Of a stretch of 64,000 nucleotides of DNA, positions 35,906-44,994 are shown piece after piece. Both the position numbers and the translations under genes were made by a program. The notes below the pieces were generated by a model, which was not told the DNA's origin, did not search any database, and saw nothing but the letters and a program-made list of their open reading frames with translations. Origin of the DNA: an uncultured virus (IMG/VR IMGVR_UViG_3300033069_001715) (taxonomy: Duplodnaviria; Heunggongvirae; Uroviricota; Caudoviricetes); IMG/VR virus record IMGVR_UViG_3300033069_001715. One strand, written 5' to 3'. Within the stretch, counting starts at the first letter, position 1, and each line of letters begins with the position of its first letter.

Positions 35906-38422
35906 TCAGGTGGCAAAGAGTGATTTGGATAAATCTACAGCGCTGGCTCGAACAGGAACAAAACTTGTTGAAGCCTCGTCGCTCTCTCCGGACTGGTGAA
36001 TCGAGTCCATGAAGGTCTTCTGCAAATTCGAACCCATGAAGCGAGTCATGTAATCAGGGTCAGAACCAAGCAGGTCCAGAGCTCTGGTAACCCGCGGCTT
36101 AAACGGTGGCGGCTCGGCATGAGTGATGATGTCCTTGGCACCTAGATCATCAAAATCTCTAGCCATACGCGGCGTTACCCGCGTTCCAATTGTGTAGTGC
36201 GCAATCGGCGATTCAAGGTAACGACCGATCGACGAACTAGAGTTTCCTGCGACAGCGCCGTCTCGAGGCTTCCACAGTTTCTCCAGTCTGGAATAGGGAA
36301 CCAGGTCACCAGGAAGGAACTCGTTGTACTCATCCTCCATTTCAACGCGATCGATCGCCCCGCGGGCCAGCAGCTCGATATTGCGGCGGTTAACCGGAAA
36401 GCCGGCTTCTTTGAGTCCTTTGCGAACAGCATGGGTAAGTGCCAGGCGACCTTCGCCAATTCCTCTAAATCGCGTTACCTCGGCTGGATCGATGTTGCCG
36501 CCAGTTAGAGCATCGCCAGCTTCAACAACATCGCCAACTTTGACTGTTGGCTCGAAGTCTGGTCCGGCATAACGTTCTTCGCCTTGTCCGATTTGAATGT
36601 ACCAGCCTCCTTGTGGAGCCTCGCGAATGGAGTTGACCTTGCCATCGTCGTGCGCATGGATGGCCAATCCAGAGCCTTCTTTGGGTGGACTGATAAGGCG
36701 TTCGATAAGAGGAAAACCAGCCAGTCCAGGCGTGCCTTTTCGTTTGCGAGTGCCGGAACCATGCTTGGCCGAATTCGAAACAATAAGTCCATTAGCCAGC
36801 ACAAACAAATGATCCGGATTGTCGACCTCGATGTCGTAGCAGTGTAGCTCACCAACGGGTGTAACCGATCGTCGCTTGTACGCCTGCACAGACTTGCCCG
36901 CTGTTGAAAACCGCGTCTTACGACCCTCTTGCCACAGTGAGTTCAGAGACTCCGCCCTGGCACCCTTCTCCCCTGGAATGCCAACCTGGTCAAGAAACTT
37001 CCTGACAGCAGAACGATGTGAAAACTCAACTGAATACAGCGGTCGTTTTCTGGTATCTCGACCTAAATAGGAAATAGACTGCGGTATCATTGCATACACT
37101 CTATTCCCAACCTCTCCGCAAGGTCTAGCAGAGAACTTCCAGTTATCTTTGTCCGACTTCTGGGAGCTTGTTACGCGAGTTGACAAAATCTTGTGATTCT
37201 CCGTAGCTATAAGCTCCACCTGACAATCAGACTGCTCAGACCACTGATGCGAATACAGTACGCTCACGCACGGCTTTACACCTTGGTCGAACGTACTAAT
37301 GACTCTTACCGGCTTGCAGTGACCAGCTACATCCGCACCCAGCACCCAATCGCCAACCTGAATATCCTGAATCTCCTTAATTGAACCGTCTGCCATTCGA
37401 ACAAGCGTACCCTCTGATAAGCAAAGTAGGGATTGGGTAACCTGCTCACTGATAGCCTGCGCACTGGGAAGCCCAACGTGCTCACCCCGAGCAGCCAATC
37501 TTCCGTTCTCTCTCAGTCCAACGTCCTTGGCGTAAACACCTGAATCGATCGATGAAGATGAGATCGGCGAGCGAACGAACAATCGATTATCTCGGACCTT
37601 GTCCTTGAGGGCAGCAAGGATTCTCGGAGTGATGATGGTGTTCTTCTTGTACGGTCCGTAGTCACGAGCTAGGAGTGCTCCGACGTTGTCTTTGTCATCA
37701 GCATCAACAAAGACTCCACGATGCTGACCTACTGGTTCATCGTCATCGTCACCCACAACAACAGCCCGGTGAGCAGACTGAGCTAGGAGCTTGCCAATGA
37801 ATCCCCCCTGCGCCACGCCCAACTTGGTTGTTACCACCCCAACACGATTTGAATAAGCGTCTGCCAGGTATTGGGACATGCGAAGTCCCTGGGAGTATCC
37901 GCGGGTCAATGGAATGGGAATCGGTCTACCCGCACTGTCCGAAGCCAACATGTCACCAGCTAGCATTCCAGCCACGCTCTTGGCATTGCCTCGTCCAGCA
38001 CCTTTGAGCTGGAGATTGAAACGGTTGTTTCGTTTGTCGCCAATCTGTACCACCTTGTCTGGTACTTCAATGGCGGCGTCCTCAAGCACCTTGGCGATGG
38101 CCGCCTTTCGCTCCGGACCCCTGGGCATGGTGTCCAAAAGCTGCTTGACCTTCATGTTGACACCATGCTGGTACTGGCGAATCTCGTCAGGCGTGCGAAG
38201 GTCTTCGATGCTAAACGACGCTCCACCCATGGCCTCACCAGACTTAAGTCCCAAACGCGTGAGCTGGTAGGAAATGTCTTCGTATCGATCAGGATAGCGG
38301 CGACCAATCTCAGTCATGACCCGCTTAATTCCCTTCTTATCTAGCACATCGCCGGGACGATAAACGTCCTCGGGAAGGATCTGACGAAGCATGTGCTGGC
38401 CAAAGGTTTCAGGTTCTGACAT
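35906..38422 (-). CDS. Phage multisubunit RNA polymerase, beta' C-terminal half, with intein
   Basis: GAGRGN; GRPIPIPLTRGYSQGL..SQY; bridge helix RVGVVTTKLGVAQGGFIGKLL; trigger loop AQAISEQVTQSLL/SAKHGSG. No NADFDGD motif, so the N-terminal half lies elsewhere. Confidence 0.9.
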   Translation of the reverse strand: MSEPETFGQHMLRQILPEDVYRPGDVLDKKGIKRVMTEIGRRYPDRYEDISYQLTRLGLKSGEAMGGASFSIEDLRTPDEIRQYQHGVNMKVKQLLDTMPRGPERKAAIAKVLEDAAIEVPDKVVQIGDKRNNRFNLQLKGAGRGNAKSVAGMLAGDMLASDSAGRPIPIPLTRGYSQGLRMSQYLADAYSNRVGVVTTKLGVAQGGFIGKLLAQSAHRAVVVGDDDDEPVGQHRGVFVDADDKDNVGALLARDYGPYKKNTIITPRILAALKDKVRDNRLFVRSPISSSSIDSGVYAKDVGLRENGRLAARGEHVGLPSAQAISEQVTQSLLCLSEGTLVRMADGSIKEIQDIQVGDWVLGADVAGHCKPVRVISTFDQGVKPCVSVLYSHQWSEQSDCQVELIATENHKILSTRVTSSQKSDKDNWKFSARPCGEVGNRVYAMIPQSISYLGRDTRKRPLYSVEFSHRSAVRKFLDQVGIPGEKGARAESLNSLWQEGRKTRFSTAGKSVQAYKRRSVTPVGELHCYDIEVDNPDHLFVLANGLIVSNSAKHGSGTRKRKGTPGLAGFPLIERLISPPKEGSGLAIHAHDDGKVNSIREAPQGGWYIQIGQGEERYAGPDFEPTVKVGDVVEAGDALTGGNIDPAEVTRFRGIGEGRLALTHAVRKGLKEAGFPVNRRNIELLARGAIDRVEMEDEYNEFLPGDLVPYSRLEKLWKPRDGAVAGNSSSSIGRYLESPIAHYTIGTRVTPRMARDFDDLGAKDIITHAEPPPFKPRVTRALDLLGSDPDYMTRFMGSNLQKTFMDSIHQSGESDEASTSFVPVRASAVDLSKSLFAT
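36249..36264. repeat. Variant of the 16-bp element (GCGACAGCGCCGTCTC)
   Basis: One core mismatch, inside the RNAP CDS. Confidence 0.7.
36773..37423 (-). mobile_element. Intein (217 aa) in the RNAP trigger loop, endonuclease degenerate
   Basis: CLSEGTLVRMADG start, ATENHK, end FVLANGLIVSN followed by Ser. Confidence 0.9.
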
Positions 38423-38494
38423 GACTTAACTGGCTGAGAATTGTGGCTATATGAAGTACGTGCATGTTAACTAACCTCAGAAAAGGAAAGCAAA

Positions 38495-38785
38495 ATGGGA
38501 TACGTCAAAGTTGAAGAGTTCACGGTCCAGGAGAAAATTAGTGATCGCAATGTGTACTACAAGTACGCGTGGAGAGCCAACGCTCGTAAGGTCGACGGCG
38601 TCTATCTCGCTGGGTATCTTCCAGTCCCGAGCGAAGTCCGCGTAACTATGAGTTATGACGAGGCGATTGCTCTACGAGATGACGTCAGAGCTAGAGGAGG
38701 AGACGCTCGGGCATTTCGCACGGAGACGGTTGAGTGGCGAGGACCTATGCCTGCGACGCAAGACGCAGACTCGGAATACTGGTAA
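38495..38785 (+). CDS. Small hypothetical protein, opposite strand
   Basis: AAAGGAAAG RBS and its own terminator. Confidence 0.7.
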   Translation: MGYVKVEEFTVQEKISDRNVYYKYAWRANARKVDGVYLAGYLPVPSEVRVTMSYDEAIALRDDVRARGGDARAFRTETVEWRGPMPATQDADSEYW

Positions 38786-38787
38786 CC

Positions 38788-38817
38788 AAAAGAGGCTCTG
38801 GCCTCTTTTTTTAGCTA
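38788..38817 (+). terminator. Intrinsic terminator with TTTTTTTAGCTA tail
   Basis: AAAAGAGGC-TCTG-GCCTCTTTTTTTAGCTA. Confidence 0.8.
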
Positions 38818-39932
38818 CCAGCGACAGCGCTGTCTCGAAGCGAATTTCCCTGCTGTCGTTCCTGCCACTGTAAGCGATTTAACCGTTCTCGCGTCTTAGG
38901 ATCACGAAGAAGCGTTGCCAGTTGCCTTTCAGTAAGCCGCGACTTGGACTTTCGCTTAGGCTTAGGCTTCTCGGGCTGCTCCTTTCCAAATAACGACTGG
39001 AACAATTTCCCGCCACCATAGAATCCGCCTGCGGCCCCGAGTGCTGGAAGAGCTGAAACCATAGCTAGGTTACTAACACCTGGCCTGCCGAACGCCGATC
39101 CGGCTTGTTGTGCTCGTCTCTCAAGAACATTGCTCAAGGCGTTGCCGCCTAAAAACCCTAACGACGCACCTGTGCCCTTAGCTACGTTCTCCGCCTTACC
39201 AGTAGCGGCGCCGTAGACGCCTCCTAAAGCTAATGAAGATGCTAATCCCCTGGACACCTGATCAGCCCTGGCTCTAGGTGCGACGTGCCCACTCATTCGC
39301 TTTTGAAAGCCGGGCTCGCCAGTCATCATGCCAGCGATGTAGTTGATGTATCCAGGCACTCCCTCGAACATCACGTGAGGTGCGGCATCAGTGACCGCCG
39401 ACTTTAGTTGAAACTTCAGCACATCCATCGCTGACGCGTTTGGATTGTCCTGCTTAAACTTAGCTACCTGCATAGACAAGCTTGGCCAGTTGTCCTCGTG
39501 GAAAATCCACTCTTTGCCATGGCGATGTAAATGCATGCCGACCTGCGGATGCCGCCATGTCCTGATTTGCGTCTGACCCCTTTCAGGAACCGCCACGTAA
39601 GATGGGAGAAAGCCTATCTGCTTGAGCTGCTCAGGGGTTAAGTCTTGGGCTGGAATTGCCGACCTAGGTAGCGACGCGGAGGAAAAGCCAGGCGATATTC
39701 GATGTTGCTCAAGTGCACCGAGGACAGCATCAAGCTTCGTGGTTTGCGGATCAACGCCTTGCTCATTGAGTCGTCCAACAATCTTCTCTCGAAGCGTAGG
39801 TAGCGGCACGATCTGAGGCTTAGCCTCAGGCATCTTAACTGGGAGCCCGACACCGGTCATCACGGGACCATCGGGAGCCAAAGCCTCGGCGGTCTTTTGA
39901 AAAAACGGACAAGTGTATCGGTGCTGCGACAT
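38811..39932 (-). CDS. Virion-type protein with C-terminal glycine zippers
   Basis: N-terminal ...PFFQKTAE; His-rich WRHP..MHLHRHG..FHED segment; Gly-zipper helices. Confidence 0.6.
   Translation of the reverse strand: MSQHRYTCPFFQKTAEALAPDGPVMTGVGLPVKMPEAKPQIVPLPTLREKIVGRLNEQGVDPQTTKLDAVLGALEQHRISPGFSSASLPRSAIPAQDLTPEQLKQIGFLPSYVAVPERGQTQIRTWRHPQVGMHLHRHGKEWIFHEDNWPSLSMQVAKFKQDNPNASAMDVLKFQLKSAVTDAAPHVMFEGVPGYINYIAGMMTGEPGFQKRMSGHVAPRARADQVSRGLASSLALGGVYGAATGKAENVAKGTGASLGFLGGNALSNVLERRAQQAGSAFGRPGVSNLAMVSALPALGAAGGFYGGGKLFQSLFGKEQPEKPKPKRKSKSRLTERQLATLLRDPKTRERLNRLQWQERQQGNSLRDSAVAGS
38821..38836. repeat. 16-bp near-palindrome, copy 6
   Basis: GCGACAGCGCTGTCTC exact, at the 3' end of a CDS next to the terminator. 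Confidence 0.95.
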
Positions 39933-39992
39933 GATTAACCACTGCGACTGTAGGCTCGTAAGGTCCTCAGCATAACAAATAACCAACCCCTG

Positions 39993-40030
39993 ATAGCTAA
40001 AAAAAAAGCTACCTTGTGGGGCAGCCTCTC
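39993..40030 (-). terminator. Intrinsic terminator with AGCTATCA tail
   Basis: Minus strand GGCTGCC..GGTAGCTTTTTTTTTAGCTATCA. Confidence 0.75.
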
Positions 40031-40034
40031 AAAC

Positions 40035-40361
40035 CTAGCGATCGATCCGCCGAGGTTTCCATGTTTCGCCGAATAGGCCTACATGGAACTCTAAATCACC
40101 AGGCTTCGCATTCTTTGGTCTAGCGATCTTAGCAATCCCAATATCAGTGAACTCGTAATCGGTCATCGACACTTTGATTGCCAGTGCTGAGTTCTCCAGC
40201 CAGCTGTTACCGGCAGGGCCCTCGATGTGATCCAGATCGAACGCCGGCATCTTGCTTCGACCAATGGCGATGATTCCAACTATCAACAAAAGCATCAGGA
40301 TCATTCCGCCACTGATACTAACCCCACCAATAACCAGAAATGCCTTTTTATTCTTGTCCAT
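40035..40361 (-). CDS. Small membrane protein
   Basis: N-terminal hydrophobic helix; GAAGGAAG RBS. Confidence 0.6.
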   Translation of the reverse strand: MDKNKKAFLVIGGVSISGGMILMLLLIVGIIAIGRSKMPAFDLDHIEGPAGNSWLENSALAIKVSMTDYEFTDIGIAKIARPKNAKPGDLEFHVGLFGETWKPRRIDR

Positions 40362-40443
40362 CTTGGCTTCCTTCTCGGATTGAGTTTTGAATTCGCGTCA
40401 GGATTAACGCGTTACACCTCATATAGCCCGTGATGGACCTCGA

Positions 40444-41133
40444 TTAAGCTCCGACAAGATACGGATTGCCGCGGCTCTCAAACGCATGGCGGCTATGCTT
40501 CCAGCCAGTCGCGTGCATATCCAAATGCTCCGGGTGCAGGGTACTCCCAAGTTCTATTCGCGAGATCGCAAACGGGTAGCCACACAGGTAAGACCTGTGC
40601 ATGCAGTACACGTAAGAGTCTGCCACTAGCAGCCCATGCTTAACATGAGGAAGCGGATGGTCCAGATAGTACTCCAGCGGATGCTCATAGATGCCTGTTG
40701 CCGATAGTACCTCCCGAAGCCTTTCACAGTTGACCAGGTATAGCTGTGTTCCGTAGTACCCATTAGTTGTCGGTCGCCAAAGCGGAGCGTCGTCGTAAGC
40801 CCCATGAGCGAGTGTTGCTAGTTGCAACAGCGTCGCATCCTCCGGGGCATCGGCAACCAACTTCTCAACGTCAATGACTCCGAAGAGCTCTATGTCATCC
40901 TCACCAACCAGAGCCCACTTAGGCCAAACCGATGTTGCCAGTCGCAACTGAACGCCAATATGAGAGAGCAGACACGCGTAGCCTGGCTTGGTGTAGGGCG
41001 GCTCGAACGTGATCCGCTGATGCTCTATCGCAGCAAATCTCGTAGAGGCGTACCCAGTCCGCCCAAGCATGGACTCCATGTGAGTTCGCCGTTCAATGTG
41101 CCCATGACAGTTGATCCAATTAAGTGCAAGCAT
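40444..41133 (-). CDS. Glycosyltransferase family 25-like
   Basis: WIN...ERRTHM, GYACLLSH, GEDD, YYGTQLYLVN motifs. Confidence 0.75.
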   Translation of the reverse strand: MLALNWINCHGHIERRTHMESMLGRTGYASTRFAAIEHQRITFEPPYTKPGYACLLSHIGVQLRLATSVWPKWALVGEDDIELFGVIDVEKLVADAPEDATLLQLATLAHGAYDDAPLWRPTTNGYYGTQLYLVNCERLREVLSATGIYEHPLEYYLDHPLPHVKHGLLVADSYVYCMHRSYLCGYPFAISRIELGSTLHPEHLDMHATGWKHSRHAFESRGNPYLVGA

Positions 41134-41144
41134 ACCAATCTCTG

Positions 41145-41180
41145 ATAGCTAAAAAAGAGGTCCGGAATTAACCGGACCCC
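41145..41180 (-). terminator. Intrinsic terminator with AGCTATCA tail
   Basis: Minus strand GGGGTCCGG-TTAATT-CCGGACCTC-TTTTTTAGCTATCA. Confidence 0.85.
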
Positions 41181-41184
41181 TGTT

Positions 41185-41832
41185 CTATTTCTGACCTACT
41201 GGAACCGTCAACAAAATCTTGTGAAGTCCCGCTGCGCATCTAGAAACAAACCGTCGACAACCGTCGCTATCTGGCTCCCAAATCTCAACGTTCTCCAGCC
41301 AATGCGACTGTTGAAAACCTAACGCCTCAACAGCCTGTAAAGCCGTCTTGGCAATTGGTCCCCGTCGCAAGTAACACCCGACAAAGCAATGGGTGTAACG
41401 ATTCTCATCCGCCACAACAAACTCGCCCTCTTTTGGAATCCCAACGAGAACAAATGGAAACGTCGTAGCAACGCCCTCGTGGCTCATCGAAAGCGTGAGC
41501 TTGCTAAGAACTCTCTCGGCGTCGTCGATCCGAGTTTTAAGTTTCTTGGCGTAGTTACCCAAGATGTAGTGCAGGTCGTTTTTGTTTACGCACACTCGGT
41601 TGAGCCACAACTGCACGTCTTGAACGGCCCTGTTTCGATGATTAGCAACAAATCGCGTTACAGCCCCATCCGCCAATCGATCCTTCCTAAACTCAAGTAG
41701 CCCTGGAAGGTCTCCTGGACAAGCGTCCAAAACGTGGATGAGAAAGTCATCCTCTTCGAGCAACTCTTTGCAAACGATTGAATAGTCAACCACAGCTTGT
41801 TCCTTAATCAAACACAATGGTCGAGGCAACAT
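41185..41832 (-). CDS. Hypothetical protein
   Basis: ORF in operon; the true start may be GTG near 41793. Confidence 0.55.
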   Translation of the reverse strand: MLPRPLCLIKEQAVVDYSIVCKELLEEDDFLIHVLDACPGDLPGLLEFRKDRLADGAVTRFVANHRNRAVQDVQLWLNRVCVNKNDLHYILGNYAKKLKTRIDDAERVLSKLTLSMSHEGVATTFPFVLVGIPKEGEFVVADENRYTHCFVGCYLRRGPIAKTALQAVEALGFQQSHWLENVEIWEPDSDGCRRFVSRCAAGLHKILLTVPVGQK

Positions 41833-43957
41833 CGCCTTGACACCACTTACGGATTAGCTCCTGCTGGTTCTGCAGTCCCAATGCCCAGACCACATACTTG
41901 GTTTGGTAATCAACTGCACCCCTTCCAACTGGAATGCTAACAGTCACATCAGCCACTGTACCAGGTGTAGCTTTGAGTGAGTGCCCGAAACCGTACATTT
42001 GCTTCATGCCGTGAAGCTTGAAGTAAATGTATTGACTAAGCACTGTCGGCCTCTTGACACGGAAGCATGTCCGGTCGCGGCTGACCAAAAACGGCTCAGT
42101 ATGATACTCCAAGTTTGCTCCAGCACTCCCGTCACCGTTGGCGGCAAAAGAAATAACTGGCTCACTGGTGCTCGCACGAATAAGCTTCTCAGCAATCACA
42201 CTGGTGTCGACTCGCTGGGCGTCGATATACGCCAAGATATCCTTGCCCGCACTGTAAAGCGGATAACCATCACTAGGTCGCACGCATCGCATGCCCCACC
42301 AAACAGTCTTAGCCCAGCCAGTCTTATGATGGATGAACTCGAAGTATTCGTCATCGCCCAGGCATACGTCCTGAAACTCCAGCTTTTTTCCGTCTGGTTT
42401 CTGAGACAGCGCTGTCGTTCTAATCACGTCCGTCAGTTTCTTGACCGCGTCTGGATACTCCGAGGCGGCAATTGTTGGACTGTCGTCGACAACGTCTAGC
42501 TGTCGCAGCTCGTCCATAGTCCAGAATCGCTGCGGCGACCAATCACCCTCTAGGAATCTTTGAGCCGGCACAACCTTGACGCCTGCGCTACATGGGGTCA
42601 GGCCCTCGTAGTACCAGCTATTAAACGCCTGCACCACACGAGAAAGATCATTTCGATCGATCGGAAGTCGATACAGATCGCGACTCTCGCCAATCTCCGC
42701 CACAACAGCGGTGAACACTGGGCTGGTTTGTACTCTTGGCTCAAGTCCAACCTTCTTGCTGACGATCAGAATGCACGTCTTCTTGTCCGTGGCGTAGAAC
42801 GTTCGCGGCGGCAAGGCAATCACGCCGTTAACCTCCACTCGCTGCGATAACTGCTCAAGATACTTAGTCTGCAGCAGCAGCCCATCAGGAACTACAACAA
42901 TCGCCTGTCCACCTGGGGCTAAATGTTCGGCGATCCAGTCCATAGCTAGAGCTTCAGTGCCTCGGCCGTGATGACTGTAAAAGGCATCGATCTCACCGGC
43001 CTCGAGGGATTCGCGAACTACGGCCGACCCCCGGTAGTTGTAAGGAGGATTAGACACAATGAGGTCAAACCGCATCGCTGGGAATTCGCCGAAAGTTCCC
43101 AGCGGCGTGCGGACGAGCTTGAACATGCTATGCGCAAGAGCTCCGAGTGAGGCAATCGATTCTTTATTGACATGACTAGCCAGATGAACGGCCAGATTGA
43201 ACTTGGCCATCGCAATGGTTTGGTAGTCATCAGAATCTTCGCCGCCTCGATCCATGCCAAACAGCGAGATCTTCGGCAAGAACGTCGGACCCTTGGGCGT
43301 GTAATCGGCTTTGGCGACCTCCGAGCGACTGAGCGTCTCAAGAAGTAGTCCGCCAACGCCGCAAAACGGATCACACACTTTGTACTTCTGACCCGCTTTG
43401 AACAGCTTCACGCACGACATGTCGAGCATAGCTCTAACTACAACCCGCGGGGTGAAGAACTGACCCAGCAAACGACTCTCAGCACTTTGCCTGAGGAACA
43501 TCTCGTAAAGTCTTGACTTATCGTAGTCGCCGTCACTAAACCAGTTGGGCGGCACTTCTTTGAGCTGGACGATCAACTGAGCAAACAGCGGAGCATGCAC
43601 AATACTAGGCCCGTCAGGACCAACAAACAGCGACTGCTCTGACACAATCGCTTCACCAATGATGCTACGACCAAAACAATCGATCATCTCTGGTCGGCAC
43701 TTGCGAACATAGTGCGTCAGCGCCGCTGTTTGTGAGCTTTCCAGGTGCTCACGCACTGAATCGAAGTTGCAGTACTTACCCAGAACCTTGGTGTCACTGA
43801 GAAACCGAAAGAGCATCAGCTCCATCACGTTGTACAGGCATTTCTGCGGCTGTTTGCCTGTGTGCTCCCAAATCACTTGCCACAACGATTTAGCCCAACT
43901 CTCCATCCGTCCGTCACCTTGCCATCCGCGATTCGAAATGTGGCCACTAATTCCCAC
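41804..43957 (-). CDS. N6-adenine DNA methyltransferase (HsdM-like) fused to a specificity (TRD) domain
   Basis: GQFFTPR, DPFCGVGG (motif I), SNPPY (motif IV), IVVVPDGLL; C-terminal HsdS-like GYPLYSAG...ANGDGSAG. Confidence 0.85.
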   Translation of the reverse strand: MGISGHISNRGWQGDGRMESWAKSLWQVIWEHTGKQPQKCLYNVMELMLFRFLSDTKVLGKYCNFDSVREHLESSQTAALTHYVRKCRPEMIDCFGRSIIGEAIVSEQSLFVGPDGPSIVHAPLFAQLIVQLKEVPPNWFSDGDYDKSRLYEMFLRQSAESRLLGQFFTPRVVVRAMLDMSCVKLFKAGQKYKVCDPFCGVGGLLLETLSRSEVAKADYTPKGPTFLPKISLFGMDRGGEDSDDYQTIAMAKFNLAVHLASHVNKESIASLGALAHSMFKLVRTPLGTFGEFPAMRFDLIVSNPPYNYRGSAVVRESLEAGEIDAFYSHHGRGTEALAMDWIAEHLAPGGQAIVVVPDGLLLQTKYLEQLSQRVEVNGVIALPPRTFYATDKKTCILIVSKKVGLEPRVQTSPVFTAVVAEIGESRDLYRLPIDRNDLSRVVQAFNSWYYEGLTPCSAGVKVVPAQRFLEGDWSPQRFWTMDELRQLDVVDDSPTIAASEYPDAVKKLTDVIRTTALSQKPDGKKLEFQDVCLGDDEYFEFIHHKTGWAKTVWWGMRCVRPSDGYPLYSAGKDILAYIDAQRVDTSVIAEKLIRASTSEPVISFAANGDGSAGANLEYHTEPFLVSRDRTCFRVKRPTVLSQYIYFKLHGMKQMYGFGHSLKATPGTVADVTVSIPVGRGAVDYQTKYVVWALGLQNQQELIRKWCQGDVASTIVFD
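42403..42418. repeat. 16-bp near-palindrome, copy 7 (1 flank mismatch)
   Basis: GAGACAGCGCTGTCGT in the M-S linker. Confidence 0.9.
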
Positions 43958-43966
43958 TAAAGTCTC

Positions 43967-44362
43967 CTAATTAACACTGGGATCGAAATCCTTCGGTACA
44001 CCGTCGGTCGGTAACATCATCTTGATTCCTACTGACTTGCACTGCAGTAGCTTCTTGGCGAACTCGGCAATCGGCTCGCCTGGTTCACGAATCCACAGAT
44101 AGTTCCGCACAGCATCAGGAAATATCGTCTCTCTAACGCTAGCGATGTAGCCCTTGAACCGCTCCAAAGATACTTCCAGCGGCTCCTCACCACTGCGATA
44201 GTTGTATGCACTATCGTCGGCTGTTAGCTCATTTCCAGCTTCCACCATGAACACCGCCAACAACATACTCTCTTCTTTGACCTGCGTCAGAGTTGCCATG
44301 AAAGTGAATTTGGTGCTCATGAGCATTGCTATAGCCCGCACCTTTTCAGTAACTGGTAACAA
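43967..44362 (-). CDS. Hypothetical protein (paralog of 44602..44994)
   Basis: C-terminus LPTDGVPKDFDPSVN. Confidence 0.6.
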   Translation of the reverse strand: MLPVTEKVRAIAMLMSTKFTFMATLTQVKEESMLLAVFMVEAGNELTADDSAYNYRSGEEPLEVSLERFKGYIASVRETIFPDAVRNYLWIREPGEPIAEFAKKLLQCKSVGIKMMLPTDGVPKDFDPSVN

Positions 44363-44601
44363 ACCTTCGCCCTTTCACTTTGGAGGAGGTGGGAGAGGTT
44401 TGAGCCTCTCCCATGGATAACTGGCGTTCATCCGATGCAGCAGCGGCCACTCTACTGGCACACGTACAACCTTGTCATCTCTAAGTTCAATGACAAACGG
44501 CTTGTGCAGATCGGCTATGTCCCAACTTCGGATGTCCTCAACCCTGCCATGGATTAGCGGATGTAAGGCAAGCCAAAGAACTAGATCAAATAGCCACACG
44601 A

Positions 44602-44994
44602 TTAGTTCATGCTCGCGTCGAAATCTTGAGGCACGTAATCCGTCGGAAGCGTCGGCATCATCGATAGGTACTTGCACTCAGAGATTCGCTTGGCGAAATC
44701 TTCAAATGACTCCCCGTCTTTTCGTATGCAGCCAAACACATACTCCGGATCAGGCATTAGCCCTTGAATGACCTTAACAACACCCTGAAAGGCCTCCAAA
44801 GCATATACTAGCCCACCCTTTGATGACATCGCTCTAGCTGCGTCAGCAATCTTCTGAGGCGAATCCAGATGTGGGCCCAGATTCACAAAGTTGATCACCT
44901 GTTCGTCACCAAAGTCATGCAGGACGCCAAAAAATCCCATGTCTGCTGCGCAGTGGTAGTAAAGGGCGACAGTCTCATTTCCTATATGAAGCAT
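44602..44994 (-). CDS. Hypothetical protein (paralog of 43967..44362)
   Basis: C-terminus LPTDYVPQDFDASMN. Confidence 0.6.
   Translation of the reverse strand: MLHIGNETVALYYHCAADMGFFGVLHDFGDEQVINFVNLGPHLDSPQKIADAARAMSSKGGLVYALEAFQGVVKVIQGLMPDPEYVFGCIRKDGESFEDFAKRISECKYLSMMPTLPTDYVPQDFDASMN

Noticed and set aside
35906..38422. Bacterial rpoC, implying a host chromosome
   Set aside because: Only the C-terminal half is present, it is highly diverged, and it is flanked by virion genes with no rpoB or ribosomal protein genes.
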